From the NCBI GenBank assembly GCA_963785725.1, contig CAWAWS010000039.1:192001-256000 (forward strand): a stretch of DNA of 64,000 bases. The letters are read 5' to 3'. A program made the position numbers and the translations under genes. Position 1 is the first letter of the stretch. Each line of letters begins with the position of its first letter. Below are positions 17,340 through 26,312 of this stretch, in pieces. Origin of the DNA: an uncultured delta proteobacterium (GTDB taxonomy: Bacteria; Myxococcota_A; Polyangia; Palsa-1104). The notes beneath the pieces are model-generated. The model did no database searches. It saw nothing but the letters and a program-made list of their open reading frames with translations, and had not been told where the DNA came from.

Positions 17340-19699
17340 GGGCATCGTTGGCGCTGCTGCTCGCGTTCACACTCGCGGCTTGCGGTCGCAAACCGGCGGC
17401 GACGACGTCGTCCGCCGCGCCGGCGAGCGCCTCCACGACGACGCCATTGCCGCGCACGAGCGCCGGCGATCGGCTGGCCTTCCGCTTGATCGATCACGCC
17501 GGCGCGGCGACACGCAATGGGCCGCCACTCGCCGACGCCTGGCAGACGCTGGCCTATCCGGCGAAGCTGGCCGACCCGTACGCCGGGCTGCGTGGCGACG
17601 AGGCGTTGCGCGTCATCGAGCTGGCGCTGGCCGACTCCGACGTCGCGTCTTACGGCACGCCGCATCCGCTGTCGCCGGCCCGCGCTCGCTCGCTGCGCTT
17701 CGATCCGGTGTGGAATCGCACGCGCGCGGTCTACGAGTCGAAGCGCGCGCTGTTCGCCCCTGGTCAAAATCGCTACGAGTTTCACGTGCCAGCGACGACA
17801 AAGGGCGAGCTGCAAGTGGCGCTGGCGGTCGTGCCTGGCGGTCACGCCACGACGTTTACGATCGCCGTCGACGGCGTGGAACAGCTGCGCCGTCCGATCC
17901 CCGACGCGCAGGTGGGCGCTTGGATCGACACGAAGACGCCGCTGCCGCCGGGCGCGCACACGATCGCGCTCGTGACCGAAGGCGAATCGGCGGCGTTTTG
18001 GGGCGATCCGGTGATCGTCGATCGCGAGACGCAGCGGCCGACGCCGAATGTGCTGTTCGTGGTCATCGATACCTTGCGCGTCGATGCGCTGCCGGCGATG
18101 CCGCGCTTGCAAGCGCTGGCGAAACAGGGCGCGAATTTCACGCAGGCGATCACCGCGGCGACGTGGACGCGACCGTCGGTGCTGGCGATGCTCGGCGGCG
18201 ATTTGCCGACCGCGCTCGGGCAGGCGGCGGAGGAGATGATCCCGTCCGATCGCAATCGGCGCCGCTTTTATGCCGTCGCGCCGCCGCTCTTGCCGCGCGT
18301 CATGGAAGAGCAGGGCTATCGCGCGATCGCCATCGGCAACAACTTCTTCCTGCTCGGCTATCCCGAGATCGGGCTGTCGCTCGGCTTCGACGAAGTGGCC
18401 GATATTCGCGACCCGGTGCTGGACACGCCGGCGATCACGAATGCGGCCATCGCGTTCATGGAAGCGCATCGCGACGAGCCGTGGCTGCTGCATCTCCACT
18501 ACGACGCGCCGCACTGGCCCTACACGCCGCCGCCGGCCTATCTCGGCAAGGTGCCACCGCTGCCGTTTCCGGTTGATTCGATGGCGAAGTCGTACCTGGC
18601 GGAGGCCGCGTATGCCGACGATTATCTCGGCCGCGTCATCGATGCGCTCGATCGGCTGAAGCTGAGCGAGCAAACGATCGTCGTCGTCATGGGCGATCAT
18701 GGCGAGATCTTCGATCACGCGCATGCACACACCGTCGACGCGCTGAAGCTGCCGACGCTGCATCATCACGGCTGGTCCGGTTACGACGAGCTCTTGCGGG
18801 TGCCGCTCGTGTTTCGCATGCCGGGCACGATTCCGGCGACGACGATCTCGCAACAGGTGAGCCTCGTCGACGTGGAGCCGACCTTGCGCGAGCTCGTGGG
18901 CATCGCGCCGCGGGAAGGCGCGCGCGGCCAGTCGCTCGTGCCGGCGTTCGAGGGGCGACCGCTGACGGAGCGGCCGGCGTTCGTCGAAGGCCAAGACGTG
19001 CGTGTCGTCCGCGACGGCGGCTGGGCCTATCTCCGTCGCAGCGATGGCCGGCTGACGCTGGAAAACGGCGCGCATGTCGTGCGCACCGAGGAGCTGTACG
19101 ATCTGCAGCGCGATCCGCTCGAGCATGACGATTTGGCGGCGAAGCGACCGGCGGATTTGGCGCGCATGCGGGCGCTCTTCGACCGGGAGACGCCGACGTC
19201 ACGCGACGCGCCGGTGGCCGTCTTGCATCTGCGGGCGGCGCCTGATGCGCGGGCGCATGTCGTCGAAGCCGTGGTCCGCAGCGACGGCGCAATTTCCGTA
19301 CGCGGCGTGGCCGGCGCCGAGGCTGCGCCCGTCGACGCGCACACGCTGGCGCTCACCTTGCGCGGCGCCTCTCAGGTGGATTTGGCGATCGATCCGCCGA
19401 CCGCGAGCGTGCAGCTCGACCTGCGTCGCGATGGCACGCCGTTGACAGCGCGACAGCTGCTGCTCGGCGAATTCGCGCTGCCGCTCTTGGCATCGGAGCC
19501 GCGGGTGCAGCTGCGCGGCGAGCGGCTGACTTGGCTCGACGCCGCGCGGCCGCCGGTGCCGGGCGAGCGCGGCGAGCTGCTCTTGTGGCGCGATCCGAGC
19601 CCGATTACGTCGCTGGGGCTACCGGCGAGCGGCAGCAAATCGTCGAGCGAAGTGGCGGGAATGATGCGGCGCTGGGGTTACGCGCAGCCGGGACACTGA
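17336..19699 (+). CDS. Sulfatase-like lipoprotein
   Basis: LAA-C lipobox; PNVLFVVIDTLRVD, WTRPS, DAPHWPY, GDHGE, ELYDLQRDPLE; ATGA overlap. Confidence 0.85.
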   Translation: MRASLALLLAFTLAACGRKPAATTSSAAPASASTTTPLPRTSAGDRLAFRLIDHAGAATRNGPPLADAWQTLAYPAKLADPYAGLRGDEALRVIELALADSDVASYGTPHPLSPARARSLRFDPVWNRTRAVYESKRALFAPGQNRYEFHVPATTKGELQVALAVVPGGHATTFTIAVDGVEQLRRPIPDAQVGAWIDTKTPLPPGAHTIALVTEGESAAFWGDPVIVDRETQRPTPNVLFVVIDTLRVDALPAMPRLQALAKQGANFTQAITAATWTRPSVLAMLGGDLPTALGQAAEEMIPSDRNRRRFYAVAPPLLPRVMEEQGYRAIAIGNNFFLLGYPEIGLSLGFDEVADIRDPVLDTPAITNAAIAFMEAHRDEPWLLHLHYDAPHWPYTPPPAYLGKVPPLPFPVDSMAKSYLAEAAYADDYLGRVIDALDRLKLSEQTIVVVMGDHGEIFDHAHAHTVDALKLPTLHHHGWSGYDELLRVPLVFRMPGTIPATTISQQVSLVDVEPTLRELVGIAPREGARGQSLVPAFEGRPLTERPAFVEGQDVRVVRDGGWAYLRRSDGRLTLENGAHVVRTEELYDLQRDPLEHDDLAAKRPADLARMRALFDRETPTSRDAPVAVLHLRAAPDARAHVVEAVVRSDGAISVRGVAGAEAAPVDAHTLALTLRGASQVDLAIDPPTASVQLDLRRDGTPLTARQLLLGEFALPLLASEPRVQLRGERLTWLDAARPPVPGERGELLLWRDPSPITSLGLPASGSKSSSEVAGMMRRWGYAQPGH

Positions 19700-19705
19700 C
19701 GGAAG

Positions 19706-20203
19706 TCAACACAGGTAATGCTGATCGAGTGGCGCCGACTGCTGCACGCGACCGCTGTAGATTTCGTCGCTGGTGGCGCTGCGGACGGTGTGGACGCGAA
19801 TGGAGATATGGAGCGTCTCGCCGGCGAGCGGATGGTTGGTGTCGACGAGCACGAGCTCCGCGTCGGCCTGCATGACGCGAAACGTGACCGTCCTGCCGTC
19901 GGGTCGCGCGGCCGAGAACATCATGCCGGGGCCGATCTCCTCGCGAGCGGGAAAGGAGCTGCGCGGAATGACGAAGACGCCGGCCGGGTCGCGCTCGCCG
20001 TAGGCTTCGGAGGGCGGGACGATCGTCTCCAATAGTGCGCCGGCGTCCAAGCCTTCGATGGCGTTCTCGACGCCGGGCACGATCTGATGCCGCCCATGAA
20101 GGTAGGTCAGCGGCTCGTGGCCGACGCTGGTTTCGACGACCCGCCCGGACGCCAAGCGGATGGTGTAGTCGATGCACACGATACGATCTTTGCCGATCTT
20201 CAC
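19706..20203 (-). CDS. slyD: FKBP-type peptidyl-prolyl isomerase (SlyD-like)
   Basis: PLTYLHG, EAYGERD, DTNHPLAGETL. Confidence 0.9.
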   Translation of the reverse strand: MKIGKDRIVCIDYTIRLASGRVVETSVGHEPLTYLHGRHQIVPGVENAIEGLDAGALLETIVPPSEAYGERDPAGVFVIPRSSFPAREEIGPGMMFSAARPDGRTVTFRVMQADAELVLVDTNHPLAGETLHISIRVHTVRSATSDEIYSGRVQQSAPLDQHYLC

Positions 20204-20315
20204 GATTCACCTCGCGCTCAGCGTCAATACTCTTTTGCAAAAGCATGGCCAGCTTCGCGGCGTCGTGCGGCCGGCGCTTGACACGGGCCTTAGCGGCGTC
20301 GAGAGTTACCGACGC

Positions 20316-21602
20316 ATGATCGACCTCAAGCTCCTTCGAGATCAGCCGAACGAAGTCATCTCCATCTATCGCGAGCGACTCTTCGACGACGCGGCGGCGG
20401 AGAACGCCCAGCGGCTCGTCGAGCTAGACGGCAAGCGGCGCGAGATCGTCGCCTCGAGCGACGACCTGAAGGCCAAGCGCAACACCGGATCGGCGGCCGT
20501 CGGACGCGAAAAAGATCCCGACAAGCGCAAGCAGCTGATCGCGGATATGGACGGCTACAAAGAGCAGATCGCGGCGGCGGACGTGAAGATCGCGGCGCTC
20601 GACGAGGAGATGCGCGGCATTTTGTTGCAGCTGCCGAACCTGCCCGATCCATCGGTGCCGGCGGGCAAGAGCGACGCCGAGAACAAAGTGCTGCACGAGA
20701 TCGGCGACAAGCGCGTGTTCGATTTCGCGCCCAAACCGCACTGGGATTTGGGCAGCGCGCTCGGCATCTTCGACTTCGAGCGGGGCGTGAAGATTTCGGG
20801 CTCGCGCTTCTACCTGCTGCGCGGCGTCGGGGCGCGGCTGCAGCGGGCGCTGATCGCGTGGATGATCGACGTCCACAACGAGCAGGGTTACACCGAGGTT
20901 TATCCGCCGTATATGGTCAAGGGCGAATGCCTGGTCGGGACGGCGCAGCTGCCGAAGTTCGCGGACACGGTGTATCGCGACATCGAGGAAGATTTCTACT
21001 GGGTGCCGACGGCGGAAGTGCCGGTGACGAACATGTATCGCGACGAAGTGCTGGACGCCGCCGACTTGCCGATCAAGCACGTCGCCTATACGGCCTGCTT
21101 TCGGCGCGAGAAGATGGCGAGCGGCAAGGACACGCGCGGCATCAAGCGCGGCCACCAGTTCGACAAGGTCGAGATGGTGAAGTTCGTGGCGCCCGAGGAT
21201 TCGCTGGCGGAGCTGACGAAGCTGGTGAGCGACGCCGAGGAGATCTTGAAGCGCCTCGAGCTGCCCTATCGCTTGGTCGAGATGGTGACGGGCGATTTGT
21301 CGTTCGCGGCGTGCAAGAAGTACGACCTCGAGACGTGGGCGCCGGGCTGCAACGAGTGGCTCGAGGTGTCGTCGTGCTCGACGTTCGGCGATTTTCAGGC
21401 GCGACGCGCGATGATCCGCGCCAAGTCGGGCAAGGACAAGCCGCGCTACGTGCACACGCTCAACGGCTCGGGCTTGGCGCTGCCGCGGACGTTGATCGCG
21501 GTGCTGGAGAATTATCAGCGCGCCGATGGCAGCGTCGACGTGCCGAAGGTGCTGCGGCCGTACTTGGGCGGCCTCGACGTCATCACGGCGGCAACGAAGT
21601 AA
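20316..21602 (+). CDS. serS: Serine--tRNA ligase
   Basis: MIDLKLLR start, PTAEVP, FRRE, HQFDKVE, EVSSCS, HTLNGSGLA; TTGACA at 20278. Confidence 0.97.
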   Translation: MIDLKLLRDQPNEVISIYRERLFDDAAAENAQRLVELDGKRREIVASSDDLKAKRNTGSAAVGREKDPDKRKQLIADMDGYKEQIAAADVKIAALDEEMRGILLQLPNLPDPSVPAGKSDAENKVLHEIGDKRVFDFAPKPHWDLGSALGIFDFERGVKISGSRFYLLRGVGARLQRALIAWMIDVHNEQGYTEVYPPYMVKGECLVGTAQLPKFADTVYRDIEEDFYWVPTAEVPVTNMYRDEVLDAADLPIKHVAYTACFRREKMASGKDTRGIKRGHQFDKVEMVKFVAPEDSLAELTKLVSDAEEILKRLELPYRLVEMVTGDLSFAACKKYDLETWAPGCNEWLEVSSCSTFGDFQARRAMIRAKSGKDKPRYVHTLNGSGLALPRTLIAVLENYQRADGSVDVPKVLRPYLGGLDVITAATK

Positions 21603-22365
21603 GCTGCCGGCGGCGCCAGAGGACGGTGTCCATGTCGTCTTGGCCCGTCGTCCAGAAGTAGATCCCGGGCACGGCGAGCGCGAGGCCGCCGGCGAGCGCG
21701 ATCGTGCCGCCGATGATCTGGCTCGACTGCGTGAAGATCTGCTGCGACCGCGAGGTGAAGATGAGCACGACGCCGCCGAGGATGCTGAGCGCGACGCCGG
21801 GCGCGGCGAGGCCGAGGCCGACGTTGCGGGTGGTGCGAGCGCGGCTGTAGGCGCGGTCGAGCTGCGTCGGGTCGACGCGAGCGGGCGCTTGCGAGTCGTC
21901 GGGCTTGATGAGCGGCGGCAGCGCTTGCGGATCGGCGGGCGGCATGTTCGCGGGCGGCGCAGTCGAATCGGCCGGCGGCGTGCCCGCGGTCGACGACGGC
22001 GGATCGCCGGACGCTGAAGTTGCCGTTGGCGAAGAGGGCGCGGTCGACGTCGGCGGCGTGACCGGCGCGCGCTGGGCGGTCGGGATGGGCGGCCGCGAGC
22101 TGTCGGCGAGCAGCGGCACAAGCAGCGGGCGATTCGGAAGTCGTAGTCGCAGTGGCGGTTGTGAAGACGGCGACGTCACGGCTGGCGTCGTCAGCCGATC
22201 GGTCACGACCGGCGACGACAGCCGCGGCGTCGCTCCGTCCGGCTCGAGCGGGAATGGCGACATCGTGAGCGGTTGCGGTGGGCGCGAATTCTGCGCCGCC
22301 TCTGCCGTCGACTGCGCCTGCGCGCGCAACGGTAACAGACATGCCACGACGAGCAGCACGCGCAT
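21583..22365 (-). CDS. Pro-rich protein with signal peptide and C-terminal hydrophobic hairpin
   Basis: Signal peptide, P/T/S-rich linker, two TM-like segments; abuts the helicase stop. Confidence 0.65.
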   Translation of the reverse strand: MRVLLVVACLLPLRAQAQSTAEAAQNSRPPQPLTMSPFPLEPDGATPRLSSPVVTDRLTTPAVTSPSSQPPLRLRLPNRPLLVPLLADSSRPPIPTAQRAPVTPPTSTAPSSPTATSASGDPPSSTAGTPPADSTAPPANMPPADPQALPPLIKPDDSQAPARVDPTQLDRAYSRARTTRNVGLGLAAPGVALSILGGVVLIFTSRSQQIFTQSSQIIGGTIALAGGLALAVPGIYFWTTGQDDMDTVLWRRRQLTSLPP

Positions 22366-25300
22366 CAGCGCTCACCCGGGTAGCAGCGGTAGATGAAGCC
22401 GCAGCGCAGGCGATGGCACGTCGAGAGCGGGCGCATGTCCCAGCGTTCGCGAGCGCGCGCGCCCGCCAAGTCGCGGCCGAGCGCGGCCAGCTCGTCGACG
22501 AACGGCTCCGACGGCGCCGCGACCGCGATCTGCGGCGATGGGTCGGCCTCCTTGAGGAACGCGAGGCCCGTGCGCACCGATGGCGCCTGCGGATACAGCC
22601 GGCGCGCCGCCAAGGCGTACGCGTCGAGCTGGAAGCGGTAGTCGTCGGGATCGCCCTGACGCGCGTGCTTGTAGTCGACGACCGTGACGCCGCCGGCCTC
22701 CAGCAGCACGAGGTCGATCTGCCCGCGCAAGTAGAGGACACCGCCGTCGAAGGGCACCGAGAGCAGGAACGGCAGCTCGCGGCGAACGGCTGCGCCGTCG
22801 AGGCCGCGCGCGAAGTCGCCGTCGAGAAAGGCGAGGACGTGGGCGCGCACTTCGGCGACGGCCGGATCCTTGCCGTCGTAACCATCGGCGACGAGCAGGC
22901 GATCGACCGCCGCTTCGTCGGCGCCGGCGGCGACGAAGGGCGCGTGCTCGAGCAGGCGATGGGCGAGCGTGCCGCGGCGTAGCGGATCGAGCGGCGGCGC
23001 GGCATCGTCGTCACTGGCGTCGAGCAGCACGTCGGGCGAGGCGGCGCGCGCCGACGTCGGATGCTCCTGCAGCCCGAGCGCGTGAAACTGCTGGTAGCGG
23101 CGCGGGCAGAGCTGGAAGTCGGCGAGCTGCGTGACCGCCACCGTCAGCGACGACGGGCGCGGCGACGGGCGCGCGACGAGCGACCGCAGCCGCGCCTGGG
23201 CGTCGACGATCGGCGGCGACACGAAGGCGCCGCTCGGCGGCAACGGGTCGGCCCGGTCGCTCGCGGCCCCATCGACTGCGAACGGGCGAAGGCGCGCATC
23301 ATCAGCCGCAGCAGTTTCCGCAGGCCCACGCGTCGCATCGCGATCGCTGAAGCCGACGGGCGCCTCGCCCTGCGTCGCCCCCTCGGCGGTGGGTAACGAC
23401 TGCTCGCTCGTCGCGGCGCCATCGGCTGCATCCGTCGCCGTCGGGTCGGCATCGTCGGGCCACGCGTAGTCGTCGATCGCGACGGCCTCGCCGGTCGCGC
23501 CCGCGGCGATGGCTAGCGCGCGCGCTGCCGCCACGGCGTCGCCGCGCGATCCGCCGGCAGGCGCGCCGGCGACGGAATCGGCCGCGCCGCCGTCCGCCCA
23601 CGCGGCGATCGCCGCCGCCGTGGCTTCATCCGCTGCTCCATCGTCTGCCCGCGCCGCCGCTCCTGCCGCCGCCGCCGCCACCGCGACCTCGACCTCGACC
23701 GGCGACGGCGGCAGCCCATCCCCGTCGACCTCACGCAACAGCGGCGCCGTCCGGTCGTCGGCGAGCAGCTCGTCCAAGCTACCGCGCCACGACTTCCGCT
23801 TGCCCTCGCCCGAGAAGACCACCAAGTCGCGCGCTCGCGTCGCCGCGACATAAAAGACGCGCAGCGACTCCGCCTGCTCGCGCCGGCGCCGCAGCTCGAA
23901 CACGCGCCGCGACGCCGTCGTGTGCGCGCGCGAGCCGGGATGCTGCTCGTCGCGCAGCTTGAGCCCGAGGCCGGCGCTGGTGTCGTATACGATCGGCGAA
24001 GTCTCCACCCGCTCCATCGCCCCGCACGCCGGCACGAACACGATCGGAAACTCCAAGCCCTTGGCCTGATGCACCGTCATGACGCGCACGACATCATCGC
24101 GCTCGTCGGCGATCTGCGCCTGCGCCGCCTCGGCTTCACCGTCGGGGCCGGCGGCGCGGCGCAGCCAATTCGTGAACGCGCGCAGGTCGCCGCCCGCCGT
24201 CTGAAACGCGCGCGCCTTCTCGATCAAGCGCGCCAAGTTGGCCACGCGCTGCTCGCCGTCGGCGGTCGCGGCCAACAGCGGCACGAGGTCGGCGCCGTCG
24301 ACGATCGCCTGCGCGCACGCCGCCGGCCCCAGCCGATCGGCCGTGATCGCCAGCTCGCGGAATTGCGCGCGAAACCGCAGCAGCCCGGCGCGTTCCGCCT
24401 GCGGCAGCGACGCCGGCAACACCGTCGCGCGATCGAACAGCACGCGCGCTCGCAGCTGGCCGGCCAGCGACAGACGCGCCAACGTCTCGTCGGACACGCC
24501 GACGATGGGCGAGCGCAGCACCGCCACCAGCGCCAACAGATCGTCGGGATCGTCGAGCACCGTCAGCGCCGCGGCCAGATCGCGCACCTCTTGCGCCGCG
24601 AAGAAGCCGCGCCCGCGCACGACGAAATAGGGCAGCCCGGCCGCCCGCAGCGCGTCGAGGTAGTCGGTCACGTGCGTGAAGCGCCGCAGCAGCATCGCCA
24701 TGTCGCCGAGCCGCCGCCCGTCGCCGCGCAGCTGCGCCATGCGCCGCGCGATGGCCCGCGCCTCGCGTCCGCGCGCCTCGCTCGAGGCACCCGGTGCCAC
24801 TTTGATCAGCTCGGCGCCCGCCCACTCCGGCGCGTCGGTGCGCAGCGGCGCCAGATCGTCGCTCGGCGGATCGTAGACGACCTCCCATTTGTGCCGGTCG
24901 GCGCCCACCGCCGCGCCCGACATGGCGCGGGCGAAGAGCGCGTTGCACAGCGCCAACACCGGCGGCGACGAGCGGCGCGATTGCGTCAGCAGCTCCTTGT
25001 CACCACCGCGGCGCTCGAGCTCGGCCGCCGCGCGCGCGAACACGGCCACGTCGGCGCCGCGGAATTCGTAGATCGACTGCTTGCGATCGCCGACCACGAA
25101 CAGCCGCGCCCGCTCGTCGTCCGGCTGACGCGCGCCGATCAGCTGCACCAGCTCCGCCTGCACCGGGTTCGTGTCTTGGAATTCGTCGACGAGCACGGCG
25201 TCGAAGCGCGCGCGCACCGTCATGCGCACCGCCGCGTCGTCGCGCAAGAGGTCGCGCGCCATCACCAGCTGATCGGCGAAGTCGATGGCGCCGGCGCTCT

Positions 25301-26312
25301 GCTTGTGCGCGCGATAATTGCGCTCCACGGCATCGACGAGCCGCGCCAACGCCGCCGCCCACGGCGCCGCACGCTGCCCGTGGTAGGCGTCCTGACACAT
25401 CTCGCCCGCCGTCGCCAGCAGGCGCTTCCACTCGGTCACTTTCGGCCCGCGCAGCTTTTTGCCGATGCCGAGCACGAAGTCGACGTCCGCCGCTTGCGCA
25501 AAGTCGAGCCGCGGCAGCCGCTCCGCCAGCTCGCCGGTCAGCCGCTGCCCTTCCGAGCCGCGCGTCAGCTCGAAGCCGTACACCTCCTCGGCCACCGCTT
25601 TGAGGCGCGTCCTCGCCTGCGCAAGCTGCTGCGCCATCTGCGCCGGCTCGTAGTTGCCATCGAGGCCGGCGGCGGTGCGACCCTCCTCGGCGCGCTGGCC
25701 GCGCAGCTTGCCGACCAGCTCGACGAGCCCGACCGAGCGACCGGCGCCGTGAAAGCCGAACTGCGCCACCAGCTCTTCCACGGCCGTATCGCCCGCCGTC
25801 AGCGCGTCCAAGATCGCGCGCTCCGCCGACTGCGTCACCAGCTGCTGCAGCTCGGCGTCGTCGGGCATCGTGAAGTCGGGATCGATCCCGGCGCGCGCCG
25901 CGTGTCGCCGCAAGAGCAAGCTGGCGAACGAATGGAACGTGCCGACCGGCGCCGCGCCCAGCGACAACAGCGCCGCCGTCCAGCCGTCGCCGTCGGGCAA
26001 CGGCGAGCCGAGCGCGCGCGCCGCCGCCGCCAGCGTCGGCTCGAGGCGCGCCACGTCGTCGGGCTGGGCGACGAGCTTGCCGAGCCGCGTGCGAATGCGC
26101 TCTTTGAGCTCGCCCGCCGCCTTGTCGGTGAACGTCATGACGGCGATGCGCGGCGGCGCCACGGCCGCTCGCGCCGCGTGCGCGCCGGCCACCAAATGCA
26201 GATACAGCGTCACCAGCGCGTGCGTCTTGCCGGTGCCGGCGCCGGCTTGCACCACCAGATCGCGCGCAAACGCGGCGATGCGATCGAGCGGCTGCGCAGG
26301 CGGCGTCGTCAC
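22365..26312 (-). CDS. AddA/AdnB-like UvrD helicase-nuclease
   Basis: AGAGTGKT, TFTDKAA, DEFQDT, GDRKQSIYEFRGA, TVHQAKGLEF, YVAATRAR; C-terminal GQIDL..VVDYK nuclease. Confidence 0.92.
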   Translation of the reverse strand: MTTPPAQPLDRIAAFARDLVVQAGAGTGKTHALVTLYLHLVAGAHAARAAVAPPRIAVMTFTDKAAGELKERIRTRLGKLVAQPDDVARLEPTLAAAARALGSPLPDGDGWTAALLSLGAAPVGTFHSFASLLLRRHAARAGIDPDFTMPDDAELQQLVTQSAERAILDALTAGDTAVEELVAQFGFHGAGRSVGLVELVGKLRGQRAEEGRTAAGLDGNYEPAQMAQQLAQARTRLKAVAEEVYGFELTRGSEGQRLTGELAERLPRLDFAQAADVDFVLGIGKKLRGPKVTEWKRLLATAGEMCQDAYHGQRAAPWAAALARLVDAVERNYRAHKQSAGAIDFADQLVMARDLLRDDAAVRMTVRARFDAVLVDEFQDTNPVQAELVQLIGARQPDDERARLFVVGDRKQSIYEFRGADVAVFARAAAELERRGGDKELLTQSRRSSPPVLALCNALFARAMSGAAVGADRHKWEVVYDPPSDDLAPLRTDAPEWAGAELIKVAPGASSEARGREARAIARRMAQLRGDGRRLGDMAMLLRRFTHVTDYLDALRAAGLPYFVVRGRGFFAAQEVRDLAAALTVLDDPDDLLALVAVLRSPIVGVSDETLARLSLAGQLRARVLFDRATVLPASLPQAERAGLLRFRAQFRELAITADRLGPAACAQAIVDGADLVPLLAATADGEQRVANLARLIEKARAFQTAGGDLRAFTNWLRRAAGPDGEAEAAQAQIADERDDVVRVMTVHQAKGLEFPIVFVPACGAMERVETSPIVYDTSAGLGLKLRDEQHPGSRAHTTASRRVFELRRRREQAESLRVFYVAATRARDLVVFSGEGKRKSWRGSLDELLADDRTAPLLREVDGDGLPPSPVEVEVAVAAAAAGAAARADDGAADEATAAAIAAWADGGAADSVAGAPAGGSRGDAVAAARALAIAAGATGEAVAIDDYAWPDDADPTATDAADGAATSEQSLPTAEGATQGEAPVGFSDRDATRGPAETAAADDARLRPFAVDGAASDRADPLPPSGAFVSPPIVDAQARLRSLVARPSPRPSSLTVAVTQLADFQLCPRRYQQFHALGLQEHPTSARAASPDVLLDASDDDAAPPLDPLRRGTLAHRLLEHAPFVAAGADEAAVDRLLVADGYDGKDPAVAEVRAHVLAFLDGDFARGLDGAAVRRELPFLLSVPFDGGVLYLRGQIDLVLLEAGGVTVVDYKHARQGDPDDYRFQLDAYALAARRLYPQAPSVRTGLAFLKEADPSPQIAVAAPSEPFVDELAALGRDLAGARARERWDMRPLSTCHRLRCGFIYRCYPGER

